The position numbers and the translations under genes are program-made. From NCBI GenBank assembly GCA_030390025.1, contig CM059432.1, positions 72,728,001-72,792,000 of the forward strand: DNA of 64,000 bases, in the 5' to 3' direction. Position 1 is the first letter of the stretch, and each line of letters starts with the position of its first letter. Origin of the DNA: Squalus acanthias (Eukaryota). Below the pieces are notes generated by a model, which was given only the letters and a program-made list of their open reading frames with translations, made no database searches and was not told the origin of the DNA. Of this stretch, positions 36,003 to 47,228 are shown piece by piece.

Positions 36003-38801
36003 TCAGTACCCTGTCCCTGCCTTCTCTCCATATCCCTTGATCCCTTTAGTTTTAAGAAATATATCTAACTCCTTCTTGAATATATTTAATGAATTGACCT
36101 CTACTGCCTTCTGTGGTAGAGAATTCCACAGGTTCACCACTCTTTGGGTGAAGAAATTCCTCCTCATCTCAGTCCTAAATGGCTTACCCCTTATCCTTAG
36201 ACTGTGACCCCTGGTTCTGGACTCCCCGGCCATCGGGAACATCCTTCCTGCATCTAGTCTGTCTAGTCCTGTTAGAATTTTATAAGTTTCAATGAGATCC
36301 CCTCTCATTCTTCTAAACTCCAGTGAGTATAAGCCCAATCGACCCAATCTCTCCTCATACGCCATTCCTGCCATCCCGGGTATCAGCCTGGTGAATCTTC
36401 GCTGCACTCCCTCCATGGCAAGAACATCCTTCCTCAGATAAGGCGACCAAAATTGCACACAATACTCAAGGTGTGGTCTCACCAAGGCCCTGTACAACTG
36501 CAGCAAGACATCCCTGTTCCTGTACTCGAACCCTTTCGCTACGAAGGCCAACATACCATTTGCCTTCTTAACCGCCTGCTGCACCTGCATGCTTACCTTC
36601 AGCGATTGGTGCACAAGGACACCCAGGTCTCATTGCACTTCCCCTTCTCCCAATCTATTGCCATTCAGATAATAATCTGCCTTCCTGTTTTTGACACCAA
36701 AGTGGATAACCTCGCATTTATCCACATTATATTGCATCTGCCATGCATCTGCCCAATCACCCAACCTGTCCAAATCATACTGGAGTTTCTCTGCATCCTC
36801 CTCACGGCACACACTCCCACCCAGCTTTGTGTCGTCTGCAAACTTGGAGATATTACATCCAATTCCATCGTCCAGATCATTAATATATATTGTGAATAGC
36901 TGGGGTCCTAGGACCGATCCCTGCGGTACTCCACTAGTCACCGCCTGCCACTCGGAAAAAGACCCATTTATTCCAACTCTTTGTTTTCTGTCTGCCAACC
37001 AGTTCTCTATCCAAGTCAATACCTTGCCCCCAATCCCATGTGCCTTAACTTTACATGCTAATCTCTTATGCGGGACCTTATCGAAAGCCTTCTGAAAGTT
37101 CAAATACACCACATCCACTGGTTCTCCCTTATCCATTTTACCAGTTACATCCTCAAAAAATTCCAGTGGATTAGTCAAGCACGATTTGCCTTTTGTAAAT
37201 CCATGTTGACTTTGTCCGATCCTGTCACTGTTTTCCAAGTGCTCTGCTATTACATCTTTTATAATGGACTCTAGCATTTTCCCCACTACCGATGTCAGGC
37301 TTACTGGTCTATAATTCCCCGTTTTCTCTCTACCACCTTTTTTGAATAGTGGGGTAACATTAGCTACCCTCCAATCCATGGGTACTGTTCCAGAGTCTAT
37401 TGAATTTTGGAAGATGACCAGCAATGCATCTACTATTTCTAGGGCCACTTCCTTAAGTACCCTAGGATGTAGATTATCAGGCCCTGGGGATTTATCGGCC
37501 TTCAATCCCGTCAATTTCCCTAACACTATTTCCCTACAAATACTGATTTCTTTCAGTTCCTCCTTCTCATTAGACCCTATGTTCCCCGACATCTCTGGGA
37601 AGTTATTTGTGTCCTCCTTTGTGAAGACAGAACCAAAGTATGTATTTAATTGGTATGCCATTTCTTTGTTCTCCATTATCAATTCCCCTGATTCTGACTG
37701 CAAGGGACCTACGCTTGACTTCACCAATCTTTTTCTCTTCACATATCTATAAAAGCTTTTACAGTCAGTTTTTATGTTCCCTGCAAGCTTACTCTCATAC
37801 TCTATTTTCCCCCTCTTAATTAATCCCTTTGTCCTTCTTTGCTGAATCCTATACTGCTCCCAATCCTCAGGTTTTCTGCTTTTTCTGGCCAATTTATATG
37901 TCCTTTCCTTGGATCTTATGCTATCCCTAATTTCCTTTGTTAGCCACGGTTGAGTCACCTTTTTTGTTTTATTCTTATGCCAAACTGGGATGAACAAATT
38001 CTGTAGTTCATTCATGCGATCTTTGAATGCTTGCCATTGCCTCTCCACCATCAACCCTTTGAGTGACATTCCCCAATCAATCCTACCCAACTCGCGCCTC
38101 ATACCATCGTAGTTTCCTTTATTTTAATTCTGGACCCTAGTCTCTGAGTCAACTACTTCACTCTCCATCTTAATGAAGAATTCGATCATATTATGATCGC
38201 TCCGACCCAAGGGACCTCGCACAACAAGATTGCTCATTAATCCTTTCTCATTACATAATACCCAGTCTAAGATGGCCTGATCTCTAGTTGGTTCCTCGAC
38301 ATATTGGTCCAGGAAACCATCCCGTATACACTCCAGGAATTCCTCCTCCACAGTATTGTTACTAATTTGGTTAGCCCAATCTATATGTAGATTAAAGTCG
38401 CCCATGATAACTGCTGTGCTCTTATTGCACGCTTCTCTAATTTCCCTTTTAATGCCATCCCCAACCTCCGTATTACTGTTTGGAGGTCTATACACCACTC
38501 CCACTAGCGTTTTCAGCCCCTTGGTATTTCTCAGTTCTACCCATACAGATTCCACATCATCAGAGCTAATATCCTTCCTTACAATTGTGTTAATCCCCTC
38601 TTTAACCAGCAATGCTACCCCACCTCCTTTTCCTTTTTGCCTATCTTTCCTGAATATTGAATACCCCTGTATGTTGAGTTCCCAGCTTTGGTCACCCTGG
38701 AGCCATGTTTCCGTAATCCCAATCAGATCATATTCGTTTACCTCTATTTGCGCAGCTAATTCATCCACCTTATTACGAATGCTGCTCGCATTAAGACACA
38801 A
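36003..38801 (-). pseudogene. CR1 ORF2p (APE endonuclease + reverse transcriptase), single frame with two point nonsense codons
   Basis: ORFs 38124..38801, 36630..38102 and 36003..36614 share one frame; stops are TAA at 38124 and TGA at 36630. Motifs [34 protein letters not shown]. Confidence 0.93.
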
Positions 38802-38992
38802 AGCCTTCAGGCTTGTTTTTTTAACGCTCTTAGACCTTTTAGAATTTTTTTTTTACTGTGGCCACGTTTGATTTAAACCCTTGCTTTCTCTGACTGACAC
38901 CTTTGTTTTTTTCCTTCCTGACTTTTGCTTCTATTCTTGTTTCCCTTTCCTCTGTCTCCCTGCTCAGGTTCCCAACCCCCTGCCATTTTAGT

Positions 38993-39928
38993 TTAAACCC
39001 TCCCCCAGAGCACTAGCAAACACTCCCCCAAGGACATCGGTCCCAGGTGCAAACCGTCCGATTTGTACTGGTCCCACCTCCCCCAGAACCGGTTCCAATG
39101 TCCCAGGAATTTGAATCCCTCCCCCTTGCACCATTCCTCTAGCCACGTATTCATCTGAAATATCCTTCTATTTCTACTCTGACTAGCACGTGGCACTGGT
39201 AGCAATCCTGAGATTACTACCTTTGAGGTCCTATTTTTTAATTTATCTCCTAACTCCCTATATTCAGCTTTTAGGACCTCATCCCGTTTTTTACCTATAT
39301 CGTTGGTACCTATATGCACCACGACAACTGGCTGTTCACCCTCCCCTTCCAAAATGTTTTGCAGCCGCTCTGAGACATCCTTGACCCTTGCACCAGGGAG
39401 GCAACACACCATCCTGGAGTCTTGTTTGCGGCCGCAGAAACGCCTATCTATTCCCCTTACAATAGAATCCCCTATCACTATAGCTCTACCCCTCTTTTTC
39501 CTCCCATCCTGTGCAGCAGAACCACCCCTGGTGCCAGGAAGTTGGCTGCTGCTGCCTTCCCCTGATAAGCCATCCCTCTCAACAGTATCCAAAGCGGTAT
39601 ATCTGTTTGAGAGGGGGATGTCCACGGGGGACTCCTGCACTACCTGCCTGCGCCTACTACTCTGCCTGGTGGTCACCCATTCTCTTTCTGCCTGTGCAGC
39701 CTTTACCTGCGGTGTGACCAACTGGTTAAACGTGCTATCCACGAGGTCCTCAGCATTGCGAATGCTCCAGTATGTATCCATTCGCAGCTCCAGCGCCGCA
39801 ATGCGGTCTGCCAGTAGCTGCAGCTGGATACACTTCCCGCACACGTGGTCGTCAGGGACACAGGAAGTGTCCCCGATTTCCCACATAGCGCAGGAGGAAC
39901 ATAGCACGGCGCCGAGCTGTGCTGCCAT
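38993..39928 (-). pseudogene. CR1 ORF1p: N-terminal zinc finger, coiled coil and SGNH esterase; small deletion frameshifts the last ~20 codons
   Basis: CSSC...HVCGKC, IVIGDSIVRG, HIGTNDIG, DGLH motifs. The expected ending VLGGVFASALGEGLN* is in another frame after DGLHL. Confidence 0.9.
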
Positions 39929-42207
39929 GACTTACCCTTTAATTAACTGAACTTAAATTATATCAAATGAATCCCACCAATTATACTATAATTAAATGAT
40001 ATAGGGCCCTTGTTTACCAACTGTCCCCGCTACACCACAGAGACCCTAGAAACTATAAACCAAAAAATTTAAGTTTGGAAAATGGAGAAAAGGAGAAATA
40101 CTCACCAACCAATCACCTGCTTTCCGGTGATGTCACACTTTGATTATTTTTTACTTCTCTCTCTCCCGCTCTGGGGGCTCAGATTGGCAAGCCTACCTGG
40201 TCGCCGCTGCCTCTTTTATCTGCTCCGCCTCGCCACAGCCGCTCCACCCAGGTCCGCCGCCTCTGTGGGCCTACCTGGTCGCCGCCGCCTCTTTTATCTG
40301 CTCCGCCTCACCGCAGCCGCTCCACCCAGGTCCGCCGCCTCTGTGGTCACATTCACCAAACTATTCGACTATGTAGCCCTCACACTCCCTATCGCTGTGT
40401 TGCTATGAAAACAACTTACAACACACAGGATAGGCCCTTGGTCTTGCCACCTCACTCCATCTTTGTCTCCTTCTAAGCATCTATGAGATGGATTCTATAA
40501 ACTCAATCATTCATTCTCACTCAAACTCCACTTGTCTCCATCATTGCAGGAAAAGAGAGCTCACAATAAGTGGGAAAGAGCGAGGACCAGAGGAGGGCCA
40601 CCCTCAGTAGCCCAGCTCACCCCTTGGGAGGAGGTGGCCCTGGAGATCGTGGGAGTCGATGAGGATGCGCAAGTGGGGGACGGGCAGATGGGCGCAGCAG
40701 AGCAAGCCGGTGACAGAATAGTTGTTCATCGCTCTCATTGACATTGCATGAGTCGCTGATAATGATTCTGAAGCTCTAACAGTTGGACTTATGATCATCT
40801 GCAATATGCATTGTGCATGTCACCTTGGACTCACATCTCTGACTCTTTCCTTTACTCCCCCACAGGACCATCGCAAGCACCCGTCCCCACTATCCAGGAG
40901 GAACAGACTGAGGCTCAAGACTCCTCAGAGGAAGCTGAAACCTCTGAGGGCGCAGCGTCAGTAGAATTCAGCCAGCCCAGCTCCAGCGCAGAGACTCACA
41001 CCTCGGTGGGACCCTCGTGAGATAGAGTAGTGTTGTCACCTGGTGTATCACAGCTCACAAGTGAGCCTCAGCAGATGGTGGAGACAGGGAAAGCAGTGGA
41101 GAGTCCTCGTCGGAAGGCGCAGGACTCTCTAAGCTCGGCTCAGCTGCATGTCGACACTCTGCCTCTGGGTCCATCCAGAAGAACAGCGGTGTTGGAACTC
41201 CAGGAAGAGGTGCAGGAGTCTCTGGCAGGTTTTGTCTCCAGGGTCACTGTGAGTGTAGAGCGAATGGAGGAGTCCATCGCTAACATGAGCAGAGCCTTTG
41301 TTGAGGCAGTGGCGCATGAACGCATCACCACAGAAAGGATGGCAACCTCCGTGGAAACGATGTCTACCTCCATGGTAAGGATGGCAACGGTACAGGAGAG
41401 GATGGTAACGGCCATGGAGGAGCTTACTCGCCAGGGTATGGAAAACATGGTATTTGTTCAGAATAGACTGGCATTTCTTGAGCGATGTTCAGCTATTGAG
41501 CAATCAAGCCAGACCTTCACGCAAGTCCTTGGCAGTAGGACTTCAAGTACAGAAACGGTTCCTCATGTCCCCCCTGAAGTGCAGCAAGGTGCTGTCAAGC
41601 CACTTGCTAGTTCTGAGGTGGGGCAGACCCATGAGAGGGATGTTGGTGGCAGAGAACAAGGAAGTGGGGGCTCCTCTCCAAGCGCTCACATGACCATGAC
41701 ACTGCAAAGTCCTTGGTCAGAGCCCCACCAGAGTCCCCACCCATCTGAGATCGGCGTCTCAACCCCAGCACAGCCGCAGGAGCAGCAGACTGTTGGCGAG
41801 CCCTCACAGGCTCGCAACCCCAGAAGACGCCCGCCCAAGGTGTCGAGACAGGAGCAGCAACAGAATGAGCAAGGGGCCTCCACATCTGCTGATGCCAAGG
41901 GGGAACCACCACGTAGAAGCGCGTGTAAGAGAAAGAAACTGCACAAATAGTCACAAGGTTTGTCACTTGGGTGAAATGTTATGTTTAATTCTGATAAGCC
42001 ATCAGTAGCTTCTTGTAAATAAAAAATCTGATGGCTACTGCTGCAGTTGTGGCCTGTGTCATATCGTTATTGGGACTGCCACATTGTGGGCTTAGGAGGA
42101 GTAGCAGCTGTCAGAATGATGGTCAGAATGCTAGGAAGATGATGGTTTCTGGCCATTAACGATGCTGTGGCAAGAAGCTGCGAGGCAAAAGTAATTGCTT
42201 GGCTAGG

Positions 42208-42365
42208 CTAGGCAAATCTGGCCAAGATGAGTGCGTTTCTTGCATCCCGGCCAGCAATGGTCTCGTGTATTGCCGCCGCTGGTTGATGCACCTCTGCCAG
42301 ATGTTCGTTTTCTCTCCTCCTCCTCATCTGAGGAGGATATGTGAGGAGCCTCTTGACAGGAACGG
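42208..42365 (-). pseudogene. C-terminal remnant of Harbinger (HARBI1-like) transposase
   Basis: Ends ...IAGRDARNALILARFA*, resembling Harbinger nuclease C-termini; no catalytic domain is retained. Confidence 0.55.
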
Positions 42366-42501
42366 GATCTGAAAACTCACAACTGGGAAAATTCGGCGGA
42401 GGCGGGATGGAGGCAGGATCGGGCCCACCCGCCATTTTTTGCTATTTTAACTCCCCACACACCACCAATCCCGCCTCCACGGGCCGGTGAAAATCGAGCC
42501 C

Positions 42502-45500
42502 ACTGTATCTGAATGCACGAAGCATTCATAATAAGGTAGACGAATTAACCGCGCAAATAGACGTAAACGGATACAATATAATTGCGATTACGGAGACATG
42601 GCTGCAGGGTGACCAAGGCTGGGAGCTGAATATCCAAGGATATTCGATATTTAGGAAGGACCAGCAAAAAGGAAAAGGAGGTGGGGTGGCGTTGTTAGTA
42701 AAGGATGAGATCAGAGCATTAGTGAGAAAGGATATTGGCTCAGAAAATAAAGATGTAGAATCAGTCTGGGTGGAGCTAAGAAGCACCAAGGGGCAGAAAA
42801 CATTGGTGGGAGTTGTCTATAGGCCTCCAAACAGTAGTGGTAATGTAAGGGATGGCATCAAACAGGAAATTAGAGATGCATGTAACAGTAATCATGGGTG
42901 ACTTTAATCTACATATAGACTGGCCAAACCAAATTAGCAATAATACTGTGGAGGATGAATTGCTGGAGTGTGTACAAGATGGTTTTTTAGACCAGTATGT
43001 TGAGGAGCCAACTAGGGAACAGGCTATCCTAGATTGGGTATTGTGTAATGAGAAGGGGTTAATTAATAATCTTGTTGTGCGGGGTCCTTTAGGGAAGAGT
43101 GACCATAACATGATAGAATTCTTCATTAAGATGGAAAGTGAAGAAGTCCAATCCAAAACTAGGGTCCTAAATCTAAACAAAGGAAACTACGAAGGTATGA
43201 GGAGTGAGTTGGTTGTGATAGATTGGGGAGCTTCATTAAAAGGCATGACGGTGGATAGGCAATGGCTAACATTTAAGGAACGAATGCATGAATTGCAACA
43301 GTTATACATTCCTTTCTGGTGCAAAAACACAAAAGGAAAAGCAGCCCAATCATGGCCTACAAAAGAAATTAAGGATAGTAATAGATCCAAAGAAGAGTCA
43401 TATAAAGTTGCCAGAAAAAGTAGCAAGCCTGAGGATTGGGAGCAGTTTAGAGTTCAGCAAAAAAGGACCAAGAGATTGATTAAGAGACGAAAATAAAGTA
43501 TGAGAGTAAACTTGCAAGGAACATAAAAGCGGATTGTAAAAGCTTCTACAAGTATGTAAAAAGAAAAAGATTAGTGAAGACAAATGTAGGTCCCTTACAG
43601 TCAGAAACGGGAGAATTTATAATGGGGAACAAGGAAATGGCAGAGCAATTAAACAAATACTTTGGTTCTGTCTTCACGGAAGAGGACACAAATAACTTCC
43701 CAGAAATGCTAGGGAACCAAGGGTCTAGTGAGAAGGAGGAATTAAAGGAAATTAGTATTAGTAAAAAAATAGTGCTGGAGAAATTAATGGGACTGAAAGC
43801 CGATAAATCCCCAGGGCCTGATAATCTGCATCCGAGAGTACTAAAAGAGGTAGCCATGGAAATTGTGGATGCATTGGTTGTCATCTTCCAAAATTCTATA
43901 GATTATGGAACAGTTCTTGCAGATTGGACGGTGGCAAATGTAACCCTACTATTTAAAAAAGGAGGGAGAGAGAAAACAGGGAACTACAGACCGGTTAGCC
44001 TAACATCAGTAGTAGGGAAAATGCTAGAGTCTATTATAAAGGATGTGATAACAGGACACTTAGAAAATATCAACGGGATTAGACAAAGTCAACATGGATT
44101 TATGAAAGGGAAATTGTGTTTGACAAACCTATTAGAGTTTTTTGAGGATGTAACTGCTAGAATAGATAAGGGAGAACCAGTGGATGTGGTGTATTTGGAT
44201 TTTCAGAAGGCCTTTGATAAAGTCCCACATAAGACGTTAGTGTGCAAAATTAAAGCACATGGGATTGGAGGACTGGCATGGATTGAAAATTGGTTAACAG
44301 ACAGGAAACAGAGAGTAGGAATAAATGGGTCTTTTTTGGGGTGGCAGGCAGTTACTAGTGGGGTACCGCAGGAATCAGTGCTTGGGCCCCAGCTATTCAC
44401 AATATACATCAATGATTTGGATGAGGGAACCAAATGTAATATTTCCAAGTTTGCTGATGACACAAAACTAGGTGGGATCGTGAGTTGTGAGGAGGATGCA
44501 AAGAGGCTTCAAGGTGATTTAGACAAGTTGAGTGAGTGGGCAAATACATGGCAGATGCAGTATAATGTGGATAAATGTGAAGTTATCCACTTCGGTAAGA
44601 AAAACAGAAAGGCAGAGTATTATTTCAATGGTGATAGATTGGGAAATGTTGATGTGCAGAGGGACCTGGGTGTCCTTGTACACCAGTCACTGAAAGCAAA
44701 CATGCAGGTGCAGCAAGCAGTTAGGAAGGCAAATGGTTTGTTGGCCTTCATTGCAAGAGGATTTGAGTACAGGAGCAAGGATGTCTTACTACAGTTATAC
44801 AGGGCCTTGGTGAGACCATACCTGGAGTACTGTGTGCAGTTTTGGTCTCCTTACCTAAGAAAGGATATACTTACCATAGAGGGAATGCAGCGAAGGTTCA
44901 CCAGACTGATTCCTGGGATGGCAGGACTGTCATATGAGGAGAGATTGGGTCGACTAGGCCTGTATTCACTAGAGTTTAGAAGAATGAGAGGGGATCTCAT
45001 TGAAACGTATAAAATTCTGACAGGGCTAGACAGACTGGATGCAGGGAGGATGTTTCCCCTGGCTGGGGGGTCTAGAATGAGGGGTCACAGTCTCACGATA
45101 CAGGGTAGGACATTTAGGACTGAGAAACATAGAAACATAGAATCTAGGAGCAGGAGTAGGCCATTCGGCCCGTTGAGCCTGCTCCACCATTCAATACGAT
45201 CATGGCTGATCATCCAAATCTCGTACCCTGTCCCTGCTTTAATCCCCACAGTACACATATCCCACCCTACCCCTGTAACCCCACGTATTTAATTCCCCCC
45301 TAACATATCCCATCCTATCCTCATAACCCCACATATTTAATCCACCCCTAACACTAAGGGTCAATTTATCATAGCCAATTCAACCTAACCCGCACATTTT
45401 TGGACTGTGGGAGGAAACCGGAGCACCCGGAGGAAACCCACGCAGACACGGGGAGAATGTGCAAACTCCACACAGACAGTCACCCGAGGTCAGATTCGAA

Positions 45501-45823
45501 CCCGGGTCCCTGGCGCTGTGAGGCACCAGTGCTAACCACTATGCCACCGTGTTGCCCAATGAGATGAGGAGAAATTTCTTCACTCAGAGGGTGGTGAACC
45601 TGTGGAATTCTCTACCACAGAAGGCAGGTGGAGGCCAAGTCACTGAATATATTTGAGGAGGAGATAAGATAGATAGGTTTCTAGACACAAAAGGCATCAA
45701 GGGGTATGGGGAGAGAGCGGGAATATGGTATTGAGATAGAGGATCAGCCATGATCATATTGAATGGCGGAGCAGGCTCGAAGGGCCGAATCGCCTACTCC
45801 TGCTCCTATTTTTCTATGTTTCT
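42502..45823 (+). mobile_element. CR1 LINE, ORF2 portion (APE+RT) with 3' tail; interrupted by a SINE at 45126-45557
   Basis: Starts at LYLNARSI; ORFs 42686.., 42852.. and 43574..45292 with KAFDKVPH and KFADD; tail ttttctatgtttct near 45810. Confidence 0.93.
45126..45557 (-). mobile_element. Full-length HE1-type V-SINE (tRNA head, V-domain, CR1-derived tail)
   Basis: A box tggcatagtgg, B box ggttcgaatc, V-core tgtgtggagtttgcacattctccccgtgtctgcgtggg, CR1-like 3' end with (ttctatgt) repeats, TGAGA duplication at 45121-25 and 45560-64. Confidence 0.88.
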
Positions 45824-46449
45824 AAAGCAGGTGGGTGTAATACCGAGATATTCTTGCCTTGTCTTACTGGATTGTGTCAGGTCTTCTGTTTTCCAGTCAT
45901 CCTACCAAGTCTGGTGGGTTTATGATAAAACACCGCCACACTCAGTGAACCAGGTACTTTGGATTAGAAGGGGTAAAATTCACTTTCAGCAGGACACAAA
46001 ATGGGCAGTAGCAGATTATACACCCAACCCTATTTTCCTTTCTATTGACAATGTGTATAATGGGAGAATCCGCTACCACATGTTTTGCATCCCACTTAAG
46101 AGGGACTTCATATTTCCCTCACTTTTTGCAGTGAAATTGCTAAGTGTCTTCTCAAAGTTTTCTCTATTCTTTACTTAACGTTTTAAACAGGTACTGGACA
46201 AGACTTTTGCAGCTAGCATTTAATTGGCTTTGTCATTGTGTCATTTTTATAGTAGATTACAGCTGGCACTAAACAAAAATACAGGTTCAGGAGTGTCCTT
46301 TATAACTCACATAACATAAGTAATGTTAAGTTAATACTTCATTGCTATAACGAGTAATTTCTAGGCTGTACTGTCAAGCTCTCAAAAAGACACTTTGGGA
46401 GAGAGACTCAACATCGCTTCACCTGTTTTTTGGGTGAAAAATAAATGGT

Positions 46450-47228
46450 TCTCCCCATCCCACAGCACCTTCCCGTGCAAGCGCAGGAGATTCAATACCT
46501 GCCCTTTTACCTCCTCCCTTCCCACCGTCCAGGGTCTCAAACACTCCTTCCAGGTGAAACAGCAATTTACTTGTACTTCTTTCAATTTAGTATACTGTAT
46601 TCGCTGCTCACGATGCAGTCTGCTCTACATTGGGAGATCAAACGCAGATTGGGTGATCGCTTTGCGGAACACCTCCGTTCAGTTCGCAAGTGTGACCCCG
46701 AGCTTCCTGGCACTTTAATTCTCCGCTCCACTCCCACTCTGACCTCTCTGTCTTTGGCCTCCTACACTGCCCCAATGAAGCTCAACGTAAGCTCGAAGAA
46801 CAGCACCTCATCTTTCGATTAGGCGCTTTACAGCCTTCCGGTCTCAACACTGAATTCAACAATTTCAGCTCATAACCACCACTCCAATTTTTTCAGACAG
46901 CAATGATTCTGCTATTGCCATTTACACCTCCTCTAGACCCATATTTGGTTTCTTTACTTGTCTCATTAACATCCCCTTTTGTCATTTAATCTTTCCTGTC
47001 CTCCACCCAATCACAGATCTTCCCTTTTGTTCTTTGCTCGCCTCCCCCCTTTCCCTGCCCCTGCACTTGCTTAAAATCTGTTACATCGCTAACCTTTTCC
47101 AGTTCTGACGAAAAGTCATCAAACTGAAACGTTAATTCTGTTTCTTTCTCCACAGATGCTGCCTGACCTGCTGAGTAATTCCAGTATTTCCTTTCAGATT
47201 TCCAGCATCCGCAGTATTTTGCTTTTGT
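46450..47228 (+). mobile_element. Penelope-like element 3' remnant: GIY-YIG endonuclease fragment plus terminal repeat
   Basis: CKRRRFNTC...FTCTSFNLVYCIRCSRCSLLYIG / KRRLGDRFAEHL, then a terminal segment shared with 17703-17906. Confidence 0.85.

Larger units (their letters stand above)
35912..40346 (-). mobile_element. Full-length CR1 LINE (5'UTR, ORF1, ORF2, microsatellite tail)
   Basis: ORF1 at 38993-39928, ORF2 APE+RT at 36003-38801, (ttctatg)-type tail at 35912-35926, tandem 78-bp units at the 5' end. Confidence 0.95.
35611..41950 (+). pseudogene. Harbinger Myb/SANT-like DNA-binding protein gene, 3 exons (35611-35775, 40550-40709, 40866-41950), three in-frame stops
   Basis: Exon A: HKEVLFPSSGRKKPPQ*TKAMWL*VGQEVNSLSLIRRTWLQCCKRFHDLLRTGK|gtgag. 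Exon B: cag|EKRAHNKWERARTRGGPP...LTPWEEVALEIVG...|gt. Exon C: cag|GPSQAP..., coiled-coil heptads and basic tail KRKKLHK. Phases 0 and 1 are compatible. Stops at 35662, 35683, 41018; AATAAA at 42018. Confidence 0.78.
35611..42501. mobile_element. PIF/Harbinger DNA transposon remnant (left end missing, transposase internally deleted, CR1 nested inside)
   Basis: Myb/SANT-type gene on +, convergent transposase C-terminus on -, right terminus ggtgaaaatcgagccc (GGGCTCGATTTTCACC on -) ending at 42501 and followed by ACT. Confidence 0.75.

Noticed and set aside
41030..41950. Novel stand-alone 306-aa host protein
   Set aside because: It is the distal part of the last exon of the Harbinger Myb-like gene, downstream of an in-frame stop and without an ATG start of its own
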